Sequence record: MH355584.1
Reading direction: 5' to 3' (one strand)
DNA from: Escherichia phage vB_EcoM_JB75
DNA: 64,000 bases
The notes under the pieces were generated by a model. That model saw only the letters and a list, made by a program, of their open reading frames with translations. It did no database searches and was not told the DNA's origin. Positions 51,978 to 62,495 of the stretch are shown here, piece after piece. A program made the position numbers and the translations under genes. Each line of letters starts with the position of its first letter. Within the stretch, counting starts at the first letter, position 1.

Positions 51978-53097
51978 TTTTAACCTTAACTGGGTCTATT
52001 GTTTCCAGTTTCGTCGCATTAGTGAACATATATAGATGAGTTACTGAATTATTATTTGATAATTCATGGATAACTTCATCAACGTAAAATTCTGTTTTAA
52101 ATTGGTTTTTACTATCATTAAAAATAATTTTAACACCAGGAGTCAAGTTAAAATTACCGACAGTAGAACATTTAGCATAGCCATCATATTGCGCCATAGT
52201 TTGAAGACGAATAGCTTCTTCATAGCCATTTCTATAAGTCATTTCAGAATAAGCACCTGACCTTGACACTACAATAGAGTTTTCACCCTTTCCTGTAGTA
52301 ATCATTGGCAGTGAAGAATCTAAAAACGAATGAGCATAGATAGTAGCATTTTTCATTGGATCACGTTTATGCGGGTTTGATTTAGTCAACCAAACAAAAT
52401 CATATGCTAATGGATATTTCAATTCTTGGACGAATTGACCTATTAAAGTTGGCTCACCTACAATCATTGGATATGGTTCTTGATTTATCATCATATCATA
52501 GTCCATCATGTTAACTCCCATGATGTCTTGCCATACAAATACGAACTTATCGCTTCCTACCGCTAGAGCAACTTCTCTTACATAGGACAAATAATTTTCA
52601 AATGTACTAGTCCATGGAATATCAGGAACATAAGCATTTATAGCATTTATTGCTGGAGTTAATAATGTGCGGTCTTGATAAATGACACCAAGCATTTCTT
52701 TTATAGATTCACCTGCATCAGGGAAAAATGGTCTACCAAATTTAAGATTTTCTATAGAATGAATAGTTCCCAATTCAATAGCAATGATGTTATCGCCTTT
52801 TGAATCTACTGACACGGAAAAATGCTTGCATCCATAAATTCGTGTTTTAACATTATTAATATCATTTGCATTAGCTACAGAAATCTGAATTATTTCATTT
52901 CCATCCATTTTTGTATGGATGTTTTTAGAATCATAAAATTGTAGCATTCCTTCATTTCGACCATAAAGAGAGTCACGCATAGTTAATGTGGTAATAGTAG
53001 CAGCTAATTCAACAAATCTATTATTACTCCAAGCGTCATAACTCTCAAATAATTTAACGCTGAGATTTGGATATCCAGGACGTTGTAACATACTCAT
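51925..53097 (-). CDS. 27: baseplate hub subunit gp27 (390 aa)
   Basis: Length (T4 gp27 391 aa) and synteny; its 3' end overlaps the gene 28 start by 53 nt. Confidence 0.8.
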   Translation of the reverse strand: MSMLQRPGYPNLSVKLFESYDAWSNNRFVELAATITTLTMRDSLYGRNEGMLQFYDSKNIHTKMDGNEIIQISVANANDINNVKTRIYGCKHFSVSVDSKGDNIIAIELGTIHSIENLKFGRPFFPDAGESIKEMLGVIYQDRTLLTPAINAINAYVPDIPWTSTFENYLSYVREVALAVGSDKFVFVWQDIMGVNMMDYDMMINQEPYPMIVGEPTLIGQFVQELKYPLAYDFVWLTKSNPHKRDPMKNATIYAHSFLDSSLPMITTGKGENSIVVSRSGAYSEMTYRNGYEEAIRLQTMAQYDGYAKCSTVGNFNLTPGVKIIFNDSKNQFKTEFYVDEVIHELSNNNSVTHLYMFTNATKLETIDPVKVKNEFKSDTTTEESSSSNK

Positions 53098-53846
53098 TGA
53101 TGTTTATCCTTCTCAATCAGTTTTAATACGAATCCGCGCTCGGCAGGAATCATTTTCATTATTGAATTTAAGCTATAATTACTTTTTACAAGCGTGTGAT
53201 TAATTTGATAAAAAGTAAATATCTCATCTGGATTAACTAATAGCTTAAACACATCTACTATATCAGTGTATTTTTTAATGTACTTATCACAACACGACAT
53301 GTGCAATGTTAAATTAATAGGATTCATTGCATCGAGAATTTTTTCTAATGTTTCTATCTCGATGGCGTCAACTAGTTCTATTTGACTGGACTCGCTAATT
53401 TCCTTCCAATCATACCATATTTCATCTACTTGAACAGAATGAATATTTTCAGTAATCATCTTTGCTTTATTTTCATAAAACTCAGAAGGAAACTTTAATT
53501 TAATTTTAACATTAGCTACATCAAAAACAGGTTCCTTTAATTCTTTTTGATATATTTCAAATGGAACTGTCTTTTCTTTTTTACATTTTGGACATACAAA
53601 TGTGACCGGTACTTTAGTTTTACCTATTGAACCTACAAATACCTGCAAAAATATAAATGGTTGCCAAGTCTTTGGATAGTCTCCAAAATAATCATCAATT
53701 AAATCAGTAATTATTTCTTTTTGTTCTTGTGATGACCGATGTTCTATATCGTTTCGAACTAACAAAAAATCTCGATAATCTTCTACCGTAAATGGTTTAA
53801 AACGATGAACACCATCTGGTAATTTACAACGAATAATGTTTGCCAT
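53094..53846 (-). CDS. 51: baseplate hub assembly catalyst gp51 (250 aa)
   Basis: Length (T4 gp51 249 aa), synteny, late promoter upstream; Cys pairs (CPKC, CC) suggest a zinc site. Confidence 0.75.
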   Translation of the reverse strand: MANIIRCKLPDGVHRFKPFTVEDYRDFLLVRNDIEHRSSQEQKEIITDLIDDYFGDYPKTWQPFIFLQVFVGSIGKTKVPVTFVCPKCKKEKTVPFEIYQKELKEPVFDVANVKIKLKFPSEFYENKAKMITENIHSVQVDEIWYDWKEISESSQIELVDAIEIETLEKILDAMNPINLTLHMSCCDKYIKKYTDIVDVFKLLVNPDEIFTFYQINHTLVKSNYSLNSIMKMIPAERGFVLKLIEKDKHQ

Positions 53847-53861
53847 AGATGCTCCTTTTAT

Positions 53862-53873
53862 TCTATTTATAAA
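53862..53873. promoter_or_regulatory. overlapping divergent late promoters for genes 51 (-) and 26 (+)
   Basis: TATTTATAAATA contains TATAAATA on both strands between the divergent gene 51 and 26 starts. Confidence 0.7.
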
Positions 53874-53896
53874 TATGATAAATAAAGGAGCTAAAT

Positions 53897-54523
53897 ATGT
53901 ATGAATACAAATTTGATGTGAGAGTTGGTTCTAAAATAATCAACTGTCGCGCATTTACTCTTAAAGAATATCTAGAACTTATTACTGCTAAAAAGAATGG
54001 TTCAGTAGAAGAGATTGTTAAAAAGCTAATCAAAGACTGTACAAATGCAAAAGATTTAAACCGCCAAGAATCAGAACTATTGTTGATTCATTTATGGGCG
54101 CATTCTCTTGGAGAAGTTAATCACGAAAACTCCTGGAAGTGCACCTGCGGAACTGAAATACCAACCCATATAAATCTATTACATACACAAATAGATGCAC
54201 CAGAAGACCTCTGGTATACACTGGGTGACATTAAAATTAAATTCCATTACCCTAAAATTTTTGATGATAAAAATATAGCCCACATGATAGTATCATGTAT
54301 AGAAACGATTCATGCTAACGGTGAAAGCATTCCAGTTGAAGACTTAAATGAAAAAGAACTGGAAGATTTATATTCTATCATCACAGAGTCAGATATTGTA
54401 GCTATAAAAGATATGCTTTTAAAGCCTACTGTTTATTTGGCTGTTCCAATTAAATGTCCAGAGTGTGGAAAAACTCACGCTCATGTAATAAGAGGACTCA
54501 AAGAATTCTTTGAGCTATTGTAA
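53897..54523 (+). CDS. 26: baseplate hub subunit gp26 (208 aa)
   Basis: 208 aa as in T4 gp26; divergent from gene 51; late promoter upstream. Confidence 0.75.
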   Translation: MYEYKFDVRVGSKIINCRAFTLKEYLELITAKKNGSVEEIVKKLIKDCTNAKDLNRQESELLLIHLWAHSLGEVNHENSWKCTCGTEIPTHINLLHTQIDAPEDLWYTLGDIKIKFHYPKIFDDKNIAHMIVSCIETIHANGESIPVEDLNEKELEDLYSIITESDIVAIKDMLLKPTVYLAVPIKCPECGKTHAHVIRGLKEFFELL

Positions 54524-54921
54524 TGGCAAATATTAATAAGCTTTATTCTGATATTGACCCAGAGATGAAAATGGATTGGAACAAAGACGTTTCAAGATCA
54601 CTTGGATTAAGGTCAATTAAAAATAGTCTTTTAGGAATTATTACAACAAGAAAAGGTTCAAGACCGTTTGACCCTGAATTTGGATGCGATTTATCTGACC
54701 AACTTTTTGAGAATATGACTCCTCTTACTGCTGACACGGTTGAGCGTAATATCGAAAGCGCAGTAAGAAACTATGAGCCACGTATTGATAAATTAGCAGT
54801 TAATGTAATACCGGTTTATGATGATTATACTTTGATAGTAGAAATACGCTTTTCAGTCATCGATAACCCTGATGATATTGAGCAAATAAAACTACAACTG
54901 GCTTCCAGTAATAGAGTATAA
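54523..54921 (+). CDS. 25: baseplate wedge protein gp25 (132 aa)
   Basis: 132 aa as in T4 gp25; ATGA-coupled to gene 26. Confidence 0.8.
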   Translation: MANINKLYSDIDPEMKMDWNKDVSRSLGLRSIKNSLLGIITTRKGSRPFDPEFGCDLSDQLFENMTPLTADTVERNIESAVRNYEPRIDKLAVNVIPVYDDYTLIVEIRFSVIDNPDDIEQIKLQLASSNRV

Positions 54922-54947
54922 TGCTTCACGTATAAACGTGGTATAAT
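54922..54947 (+). promoter_or_regulatory. MotA-dependent middle promoter for uvsY
   Basis: MotA box TGCTTCA, 13 nt spacer, TATAAT. Confidence 0.7.
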
Positions 54948-54987
54948 GAATCTAAGTCCATCCAATAACAATTGAATAGAGAACAAT

Positions 54988-55401
54988 ATGAGATTAGAAG
55001 ATCTTCAAGAAGAATTGAAGAAAGATGTGTTTATAGATTCGACTAAATTACAGTATGAAGCAGCTAATAATGTGATGTTATATAGTAAATGGCTTAATAA
55101 GCATTCAAGTATTAAAAAGGAAATGCTTAGAATTGACGCCCAGAAAAAAGTTGCTCTTAAAGCTAAATTAGACTACTACTCGGGACGAGGAGATGGTGAT
55201 GAATTTAGTATGGATCGTTACGAGAAATCAGAAATGAAGACAGTTCTATCAGCTGATAAGGATGTTTTAAAGGTTGATACCTCGTTACAGTATTGGGGGA
55301 TTTTATTAGATTTCTGTAGCGGAGCTCTTGATGCTATTAAATCACGTGGATTTGCTATTAAGCATATTCAAGACATGCGAGCATTTGAGGCTGGAAAATA
55401 A
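54988..55401 (+). CDS. uvsY: recombination mediator UvsY (137 aa)
   Basis: 137 aa as T4 UvsY; MotA-box middle promoter (TGCTTCA, then TATAAT) upstream. Confidence 0.82.
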   Translation: MRLEDLQEELKKDVFIDSTKLQYEAANNVMLYSKWLNKHSSIKKEMLRIDAQKKVALKAKLDYYSGRGDGDEFSMDRYEKSEMKTVLSADKDVLKVDTSLQYWGILLDFCSGALDAIKSRGFAIKHIQDMRAFEAGK

Positions 55402-55625
55402 TGAGATATAGCATTGATGATGCTTTTAATTATGAAGAAGAATTTGAAACGGAAATTCAATTCTTAATGAAAAAGCATAATCTTAAGCGTCAGGATATTC
55501 GTATCCTGGCCGATCACCCGTGTGGTGAAGATGTCCTTTATATTAAAGGAAAATTTGCCGGATATCTTGATGAATATTTTTATTCTAAAGATATGGGCAT
55601 TGATATGCATATGAGAGTTGTATAA
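55401..55625 (+). CDS. hypothetical protein (74 aa), uvsY.-1 position
   Basis: ATGA-coupled to uvsY. Confidence 0.55.
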   Translation: MRYSIDDAFNYEEEFETEIQFLMKKHNLKRQDIRILADHPCGEDVLYIKGKFAGYLDEYFYSKDMGIDMHMRVV

Positions 55626-55653
55626 ATAGATATATAATTCAGAGGAGACAATC

Positions 55654-55821
55654 ATGTCAGATAAGATTTGTGTTGTCTGTAAAACTCCAATCGATTCTGC
55701 ATTGGTTGTTGAAACAGACAAAGGTCCTGTACATCCTGGGCCTTGCTATAATTACATTAAAGAACTACCAGTTTCAGAAAGTTCGGAAGAACAATTAAAT
55801 GAAACACAACTTTTGCTATAG
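55654..55821 (+). CDS. small Cys-rich protein (55 aa), possible zinc ribbon
   Basis: MSDKICVVCKTPIDS...HPGPCYNY has a CxxC pair plus distal Cys/His; SD gaggagaca. Confidence 0.45.
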   Translation: MSDKICVVCKTPIDSALVVETDKGPVHPGPCYNYIKELPVSESSEEQLNETQLLL

Positions 55822-55876
55822 TGTGACCTTTAGTCTATAGTTTTGGCCCTTCCTTTTTGGTTGGGCCTTTTTTAAT

Positions 55877-56107
55877 TTAAAAGCTTTCTTCTACTTCATC
55901 GTCTGAATCTTCTAATTCAGCTCTTTTTCCTGCCAAAGCATCTCTCACAGAGATGTCATCAGTATCTTTTAATTCAGTTTCTTTGACTCTTTTCTTATAA
56001 TAAGCTTCAAGTTCTTCTAAACCTTCTAATGTTTGACAAGAGGCAATTTTACCCATAAATTCATCAATAGAAGCTTCATAAAGAAATTGTTTAAATTCTA
56101 GTAACAT
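55877..56107 (-). CDS. UvsW.1 small protein (76 aa)
   Basis: From the minus-strand ATG at 56107 (SD ggagaaaaag) the product is 76 aa, as T4 UvsW.1; the track's 80 aa version uses a TTG start. Confidence 0.6.
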   Translation of the reverse strand: MLLEFKQFLYEASIDEFMGKIASCQTLEGLEELEAYYKKRVKETELKDTDDISVRDALAGKRAELEDSDDEVEESF

Positions 56108-56132
56108 CTTTTTCTCCAAAGGGCCGAAGCCC

Positions 56133-57644
56133 TTATAAATTAACTGTTTTCATTACGTAATTGAATTTTTCATCTGCGTAGCGCTGAATACGATCAATGC
56201 CGTGTTTTAAAAGATAGTTCAAATGAACATATTTCTTTTTCGTATTAGCAGATTTTGGCTTAACACCACAATCATCTATGAGGTCCCAGACGGTTGCTAT
56301 TGTCTTAGAACCATGCTTACGTAATACACGACCGATTGTTTGTAATACAATGATTTTTGATTTAACACCGTGCGCTAAAACAACGTGATGCAGATTTTTA
56401 ACTGAAATACCAGTAGAAAATACACCATAACTAGCTACTATAATTATTCCTTTACCGTTTTCAGCTAAGGTTTTCATTATATTGCGGGTTTCGGTATCAA
56501 CTTCCCCTGATACGTAATAAACTTTATCGTATTCATTTTTAATTAAATCGAAAATAGCTTTACCATGCGATACATGTTTAAACATGACAAAAGCGTTTTC
56601 ATCTTTTTGCGCAAGCTTAATAGCTAATTTAGCGATCCATTTATTTCTTTTACTAAGCCCAGTAATAATTTTTATTTCTTCTTGATAAGTTTTTCCCTTT
56701 AATTTAGTAGTGAACTCATCGGGATAGCGAAGAAAAATACTATTAATTTTTAGCTCAGTTACTTGTCCATCTTCCATTAATTTAGAAGTCGTTACTGGCT
56801 TAAATATTTCACCAAACATTCCAACATACTGCATGATATTGGCTTTGCCATCACGTAATGAACCAGACAAACCGAATTTGAACATGCAGTTATTTAAACC
56901 TGATATGATAGATGAAATACTTTTTCCTGTAGCAAGATGGCATTCATCATTCATCATCATTCCAAACTGTGAGAACCATTCTTTCGGTTGTTTAACTACA
57001 GTTTGCCATGTACCAACAACGACTGGTGCATCATTTTTATATTTATCATCTTTTGATGCTCCGCCGCCAATTTTCTTTATCATTGCATGACTGAATAAAC
57101 GATAGTCGACGAAGTCATCAGCCATCTGAGTTGTCAGAGCAGTTGTTGGAACAATGATAAGAATTTTACCTTCATAATTTTCCAAATAATATCGCGCAAG
57201 CAAAGCTTGAATTAACGATTTACCAGCGGATGTTGGAAGATTAAGAATTCTACGACGATTAACTAATCCTTCGAACACTGCATCTTTTTGATACCAGTGT
57301 GGTTCAATTCTTTTATTTCCTGAATAGATTTCTAATTTAGAAAGCCATTCATCAAAATCTTTTCTTGATAATTCTTCTTTTTCGTTAATTTGCGGGTCAA
57401 TCCAGGCTTTATAGCCAAAGTTATCACAGAACTTTTTAATTTGCCCGACTAAGCCGAATGGAAGAAGACGATTATAATCTAAAAGACGGATTCGTCCATC
57501 CCAGTGGCCATATTTGTATTTCGGATTAAAACGATACCCATCAGCTTCAAAGCTAAAGAAATCACGGAGTTCATGAAATGTACTTTCTTCACAATCAATT
57601 CTCACGTGACTAAAATCATAAAAATGTACTTTAATGTCAGTCAT
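56133..57644 (-). CDS. uvsW: UvsW SF2 helicase (503 aa)
   Basis: Walker A PTSAGKS and DECH box (MNDECHLATGK); length as T4 UvsW; late promoter upstream. Confidence 0.9.
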   Translation of the reverse strand: MTDIKVHFYDFSHVRIDCEESTFHELRDFFSFEADGYRFNPKYKYGHWDGRIRLLDYNRLLPFGLVGQIKKFCDNFGYKAWIDPQINEKEELSRKDFDEWLSKLEIYSGNKRIEPHWYQKDAVFEGLVNRRRILNLPTSAGKSLIQALLARYYLENYEGKILIIVPTTALTTQMADDFVDYRLFSHAMIKKIGGGASKDDKYKNDAPVVVGTWQTVVKQPKEWFSQFGMMMNDECHLATGKSISSIISGLNNCMFKFGLSGSLRDGKANIMQYVGMFGEIFKPVTTSKLMEDGQVTELKINSIFLRYPDEFTTKLKGKTYQEEIKIITGLSKRNKWIAKLAIKLAQKDENAFVMFKHVSHGKAIFDLIKNEYDKVYYVSGEVDTETRNIMKTLAENGKGIIIVASYGVFSTGISVKNLHHVVLAHGVKSKIIVLQTIGRVLRKHGSKTIATVWDLIDDCGVKPKSANTKKKYVHLNYLLKHGIDRIQRYADEKFNYVMKTVNL

Positions 57645-57673
57645 GTCTAAATACCATGTAATAAATATATCTA

Positions 57674-57681
57674 TATTTATA
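57674..57681 (-). promoter_or_regulatory. late promoter for uvsW
   Basis: TATAAATA on the minus strand about 30 nt upstream of the uvsW start. Confidence 0.6.
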
Positions 57682-57694
57682 CTGAGGAAATATT

Positions 57695-58375
57695 ATGATA
57701 GATAAAGATTATATTGCAGAGCTGAAGGCTCTTGATGATAACAAAGAAGCTAAAGCTAAATTAGCTGAATATGCTGAACAGTTTGGTATAAAGGTCAAAA
57801 AGAATAAATCTTTTGATAATATCGTTGTTGATATTGAAGAAGCCCTCCAGAAGCTCGCTAGTGAACCTATGCCGGAGACTGATGGGTTATCTATTAAAGA
57901 CTTAATTGATGCTGCTGATGCTGCAGAGGGGTTAAAATATGACGATGAAGAAGTCAATCCAGAAGCAGCACTTTTGATTGATTCTCCGGTTAAATCTGAC
58001 ATTAAAATTGAAGTAGTAGAAACAGATAAAATTCCTAAAAATACCGATGTTTTGATTGAAGATACTCCTTTTGTTGAAGAAAAATTTGAACAGGCTGTAG
58101 CTGAGATTATTGAATCTGAAAAGCCGTCTGTATTTACTCTTCCGGAAAACTTTAGCCCGAATCTTCAGTTGATTGGAAAAAATCCAGGATTCTGTACTGT
58201 TCCTTGGTGGATTTATCAATGGATTGCTGAAACTCCTGATTGGAAATCTCACCCAACAAGTTTTGAGCATGCGTCAGCACACCAAACTTTATTTAGCTTA
58301 ATTTATTACATTAATCGCGATGGATCGGTTTTAATTCGTGAAACACGCAATTCTTCTTTCGTAACATTAAAATAA
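57695..58375 (+). CDS. inh: putative Inh, inhibitor of the prohead protease (226 aa)
   Basis: Position between uvsW and hoc as in T4; acidic protein; identity from synteny only. Confidence 0.5.
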   Translation: MIDKDYIAELKALDDNKEAKAKLAEYAEQFGIKVKKNKSFDNIVVDIEEALQKLASEPMPETDGLSIKDLIDAADAAEGLKYDDEEVNPEAALLIDSPVKSDIKIEVVETDKIPKNTDVLIEDTPFVEEKFEQAVAEIIESEKPSVFTLPENFSPNLQLIGKNPGFCTVPWWIYQWIAETPDWKSHPTSFEHASAHQTLFSLIYYINRDGSVLIRETRNSSFVTLK

Positions 58376-58384
58376 GGATAACTT

Positions 58385-59515
58385 ATGGCTTTTACAGTTG
58401 ATATAACTCCTAAAACACCGACAGGGGTTATTGATGAAACTAAGCAGTTTACTGCTACACCCAGTGGTCAAACTGGAGATGGACCTATTACATATGCTTG
58501 GACTGTAGATGATGTTCCACAAGATGGAGCTGAAGCAACTTTTAATTATGTATTAAAAGGACCTGCCGGTCAAAAGACTATTAAAGTAGTTGCAACAAAC
58601 CCAGTCCCAGATACTGATGCTGAAACAGCAGAAGCTACTACAACTATCACAGTTCAAAATAAGACACAAACAACTACTCTGGCAGTAACTCCTGGTAGCC
58701 CTGATGCTGGAGTGATTGGAACTCCAATTGAATTTACCGCTGCCTTAGCTTCACAGCCATCAGGTGCAAACGCTACGTATCAATGGTACGTTGACGGTTC
58801 TCCTGTGGGCGAAGCAACTAGCACTACATTCAATTACACTCCTGACGCAAGCGGAGTTAAAACAATTAAGTGCGTAGCTCAAGTAACCGCGACAGATTAT
58901 GATACAAAGGAAGTTACTTCCAATGAAGTGTCACTGACTGTTAATAAAAAGACAATGAATCCACAGGTTACATTGACTCCTCCTTCTATTAACGTTCAGC
59001 AAGATGCTTCGGCTACATTTACGGCTAATGTTACGGGTGCTCCAGAAGAAGCACAAATTACTTACTCATGGAAGAAAGATTCTTCTCCTGTAGAAGGGTC
59101 AACTAACGTATATACTGTCGATACGTCATCTGTTGGAAGCCAAACTATTGAAGTTACGGCAATTGTTACTGCTACTGACTATGATAGTAAAACTATTACA
59201 GCAGAAGGTCAAGTTCAAGTGACTGATAAAGTTGCTCCAGAACCAGAAGGTGAATTACCTTATGTTCATCCTCTTCCACATCGTACTTCAGCTTACATCT
59301 GGTGCGGTTGGTGGGTTATGGATGAAATTCAAAAAATGACTGAAGAAGGTAAAGATTGGAAAACTGAAGATCCAGATAGTAAATACTACCTGCATCGTTA
59401 CACTCTTCAGAAGATGATGAAAGACTATCCAGAAGTTGATGTTCAAGAATCACGTAATGGATACATCATTCATAAAACTGCTTTAGAAACTGGTATCATC
59501 TATACCTATCCATAA
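58385..59515 (+). CDS. hoc: outer capsid decoration protein Hoc (376 aa)
   Basis: 376 aa as T4 Hoc; repeated Ig-like segments (TATDYD... appears three times). Confidence 0.85.
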   Translation: MAFTVDITPKTPTGVIDETKQFTATPSGQTGDGPITYAWTVDDVPQDGAEATFNYVLKGPAGQKTIKVVATNPVPDTDAETAEATTTITVQNKTQTTTLAVTPGSPDAGVIGTPIEFTAALASQPSGANATYQWYVDGSPVGEATSTTFNYTPDASGVKTIKCVAQVTATDYDTKEVTSNEVSLTVNKKTMNPQVTLTPPSINVQQDASATFTANVTGAPEEAQITYSWKKDSSPVEGSTNVYTVDTSSVGSQTIEVTAIVTATDYDSKTITAEGQVQVTDKVAPEPEGELPYVHPLPHRTSAYIWCGWWVMDEIQKMTEEGKDWKTEDPDSKYYLHRYTLQKMMKDYPEVDVQESRNGYIIHKTALETGIIYTYP

Positions 59516-59520
59516 TCATA

Positions 59521-59545
59521 AGGGGCTTCGGCCCCTTTCTTCATT
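59521..59545 (+). terminator. rho-independent terminator after hoc
   Basis: AGGGGCTTCGGCCCCT hairpin followed by a T-rich tract. Confidence 0.75.
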
Positions 59546-59604
59546 TTGAAAGCACACAAAACACAATCAGAAAATGATGTATATAATGGCACCAACTCGA
59601 TAAC

Positions 59605-59820
59605 ATGAGATTGATTATGAGAACTGAGGTTGTGGTGTTTACTCTTCATGAGTCTGGAAAGTCATTCATTGAAATTGCTCGTGAATTAAACTTACAGGCA
59701 AAAGAAGTGGCTGTATTATGGGCTCGAGCTATGACTGCTAAGAATAAATTTGAAACTCGAGAAAAAGTTGTCTATAGAAAAAGACATATCAATAAAAAGG
59801 TGAAAAATGGAACAGTATGA
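59605..59820 (+). CDS. hypothetical protein (71 aa)
   Basis: ORF between hoc and rnlB; possible helix-turn-helix (ESGKSFIEIARELNL). Confidence 0.45.
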   Translation: MRLIMRTEVVVFTLHESGKSFIEIARELNLQAKEVAVLWARAMTAKNKFETREKVVYRKRHINKKVKNGTV

Positions 59821-60085
59821 TCTTTATGAAAATGAATCTTTTGCTAATCAATTACGCGAAAAAGCATTCAAAAGTAAACAGTTTAAGCTAGAGTGTTTTA
59901 TTAAAGATTTTTCGGAACTTGCTAATAAAGCAGCTGAACAAGGTAAAACACATTTTAATTATTATTGTATTGCTCGTGATAAATTGATTACTGAAGAAAT
60001 TGGTGATTGGCTGAGAAAAGAAGGATTCAGCTTTAAAGTCAATAGTGATCAGCGTGATGGTGATTGGTTAGAAATTACATTTTGA
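59807..60085 (+). CDS. hypothetical protein (92 aa)
   Basis: ORF overlapping the upstream ORF, upstream of rnlB. Confidence 0.5.
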   Translation: MEQYDLYENESFANQLREKAFKSKQFKLECFIKDFSELANKAAEQGKTHFNYYCIARDKLITEEIGDWLRKEGFSFKVNSDQRDGDWLEITF

Positions 60086-60094
60086 GGATTAATT

Positions 60095-61099
60095 ATGTTT
60101 AAAAAGTATAGCAGTCTTGAAAATCATTACAACTCTAAATTTATTGAAAAACTTTATAGCTTGGGATTGACTGGCGGCGAATGGGTAGCTCGTGAAAAGA
60201 TTCACGGCACAAATTTCTCATTGATTATTGAGCGTGATAAAGTAACTTGCGCTAAACGTACTGGACCGATTCTTCCTGCTGAAGATTTCTTTGGGTATGA
60301 AATTATTCTAAAGAATTACGAAGATTCTATTAAAGCAGTACAAGATATTATGGAAACCTCAGCGGTTGTATCTTATCAAGTCTTTGGCGAATTCGCTGGA
60401 CCTGGCATTCAGAAGAATGTCGATTATGGCGATAAAGATTTTTATGTATTTGACATTATTGTCACTACAGAAAGTGGTGATGTGACTTATGTCGACGATT
60501 ATATGATGGAATCATTCTGTAATACATTTAAATTTAAAATGGCTCCACTTTTAGGTCGCGGTAAATTTGAAGAGCTTATTAAATTGCCAAATGATTTAGA
60601 TTCTGTCGTCCAAGATTATAATTTTACAGTAGACCATGCTGGATTAGTTGATGCAAATAAATGCGTTTGGAATGCCGAAGCAAAAGGCGAAGTATTTACC
60701 GCTGAAGGATATGTATTGAAACCTTGTTATCCTTCTTGGCTGCCTAATCGCAATCGTGTAGCCATCAAATGTAAGAATTCTAAATTTAGTGAAAAGAAAA
60801 AGTCTGATAAGCCTATTAAAGCTAAAGTTGAACTGTCAGAAGCTGATAACAAATTGGTGGGGATTTTAGCTTGTTACGTTACACTGAACCGAGTAAATAA
60901 CGTTATTTCTAAAATTGGTGAAATTGGTCCAAAAGATTTTGGAAAGGTGATGGGGCTAACTGTTCAAGATATTTTGGAAGAAACTTCTCGTGAAGGTATT
61001 ACTCTAACTCAAGCGGATAATCCTTCTTTGATTAAGAAGGAATTAGTTAAAATGGTACAAGATGTACTTCGTCCGGCTTGGATTGAATTGGTAAGTTAA
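60095..61099 (+). CDS. rnlB: RNA ligase 2 (334 aa)
   Basis: 334 aa as T4 Rnl2; nucleotidyltransferase motif I KIHGTN; N-terminus [20 protein letters not shown]. Confidence 0.9.
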   Translation: MFKKYSSLENHYNSKFIEKLYSLGLTGGEWVAREKIHGTNFSLIIERDKVTCAKRTGPILPAEDFFGYEIILKNYEDSIKAVQDIMETSAVVSYQVFGEFAGPGIQKNVDYGDKDFYVFDIIVTTESGDVTYVDDYMMESFCNTFKFKMAPLLGRGKFEELIKLPNDLDSVVQDYNFTVDHAGLVDANKCVWNAEAKGEVFTAEGYVLKPCYPSWLPNRNRVAIKCKNSKFSEKKKSDKPIKAKVELSEADNKLVGILACYVTLNRVNNVISKIGEIGPKDFGKVMGLTVQDILEETSREGITLTQADNPSLIKKELVKMVQDVLRPAWIELVS

Positions 61100-61106
61100 A
61101 TAAAAA

Positions 61107-61130
61107 GGGACCTTTCGGTCCCTTTGTTTT
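61107..61130. terminator. bidirectional terminator between rnlB (+) and gene 24 (-)
   Basis: GGGACCTTTCGGTCCC hairpin flanked by A-run and T-run. Confidence 0.75.
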
Positions 61131-62412
61131 ATTCATCAATGATAATTTTTGGTAGCTTAACACCTAATAAAACAGACAAATCTGAACGACCCGCCATTTT
61201 ATCCATATCTCCACCATCAATTACTCTTGCTTCTTTTTCATCTTTTGCTACAGTGTAAGGATTTGCAGATAAAGCATATCTAACTAATAAACCGATAGAT
61301 GGCTGCAAACTTTCTGGATCAACTACAACTTTAAATGCACCTACATGTTCAGGGTCATCTAAGTCAAGACCTTCTGTATACGGAGCATAGAAAATTGATC
61401 CAACAATTTCTTTTTCACCAATATTTTCTACTACGCCAACGATTACATAATCTAATGGACTGTTGGTATCGCAATAAAGCGGTAAACCATTAGCTAAGAA
61501 CCCGTAGGCATTTTGTGAAAGATATTTGTCATCTTCTGGTTTATGTTTTAACCAACCTGATGCAGCAAGAATCGCAGCGGCACGAGCTGAAGCAACACAG
61601 AACGTTGCTGTATAAGTTGATTCTTTCTGGATATGTGAAACCATTTCACACACCATTCGGTATAATGAACGACCAGCTTCAGGTGCAGATGCATAACTCA
61701 AATCAATGAATCCAGTATCAGTAATTCCTGTAACTTTATAGCGTTTTGATACTGTAATCAAAGACTGCAGAATATCTTTATTGATTTCATCCGCCATTTC
61801 AGTTGCAAGCAAATCTTCCAAGAAATTAGGAGCATCGAATCCGTTTGCTTCTAAATCTTGTGCTAATTCAACTGTGATGCCAGTTTTAAGTTTACGAGAT
61901 TTAACTGCGGTTTGCCATTTATTAATCTGGAATCTAGCATCCGCAATTTCGCTATCAGAGTTTTCAAATTTGCTTGTTACTGCAGCATCAGAAAATAGAC
62001 GAACCTTTAAAAGAACGATTGCAATCTGAAGAGCTAATTCTAAATCGCTTTCTTCAATATCAGCAAATGGTGTATCTTCTAATACTTTATAAACGATATT
62101 ATTATATTTGAATAAATCGCCTTTATTGAGAGTTAATTTAGACTCTTCTGTTAATTCTGTGATTTGTTCTCGGTCTACATACCCAGCTTCGCCAGCGTAA
62201 GTAGCACCAGTTTTAAATGTAAATTCGTTATCCGGGTTAAGGTATTTGATACCATAAAAAGCAGCAACAGGTTGATTAGTTCTTTGCGTTGCTACAATGT
62301 CAGAATATATTAATTTAGTGGTAGCGCGAGTCAAAGCAACGAGATTTGGGCGACCGATTGAGTTGCTATTCGTTGTGGTTGATTCGCGCAGAAGTTCGTT
62401 GATTTTAGCCAT
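61129..62412 (-). CDS. 24: capsid vertex protein gp24 (427 aa)
   Basis: 427 aa as T4 gp24; paralogous to the gp23 fold; directly downstream of gene 23; late promoter upstream. Confidence 0.85.
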   Translation of the reverse strand: MAKINELLRESTTTNSNSIGRPNLVALTRATTKLIYSDIVATQRTNQPVAAFYGIKYLNPDNEFTFKTGATYAGEAGYVDREQITELTEESKLTLNKGDLFKYNNIVYKVLEDTPFADIEESDLELALQIAIVLLKVRLFSDAAVTSKFENSDSEIADARFQINKWQTAVKSRKLKTGITVELAQDLEANGFDAPNFLEDLLATEMADEINKDILQSLITVSKRYKVTGITDTGFIDLSYASAPEAGRSLYRMVCEMVSHIQKESTYTATFCVASARAAAILAASGWLKHKPEDDKYLSQNAYGFLANGLPLYCDTNSPLDYVIVGVVENIGEKEIVGSIFYAPYTEGLDLDDPEHVGAFKVVVDPESLQPSIGLLVRYALSANPYTVAKDEKEARVIDGGDMDKMAGRSDLSVLLGVKLPKIIIDE

Positions 62413-62439
62413 TGCGCTTTCCTTTTGGTTTATATGATT

Positions 62440-62447
62440 TATTTATA
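62440..62447 (-). promoter_or_regulatory. late promoter for gene 24
   Basis: TATAAATA on the minus strand about 28 nt upstream of the gene 24 start. Confidence 0.6.
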
Positions 62448-62464
62448 CCATAAAAACAACTAAA

Positions 62465-62480
62465 GGGACCCGAAGGTCCC
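62465..62480 (-). terminator. hairpin between genes 23 and 24 (terminator/attenuator)
   Basis: GGGACCCGAAGGTCCC hairpin in the 23-24 intergenic region. Confidence 0.65.
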
Positions 62481-62495
62481 TTAAATCGTCAAAGA

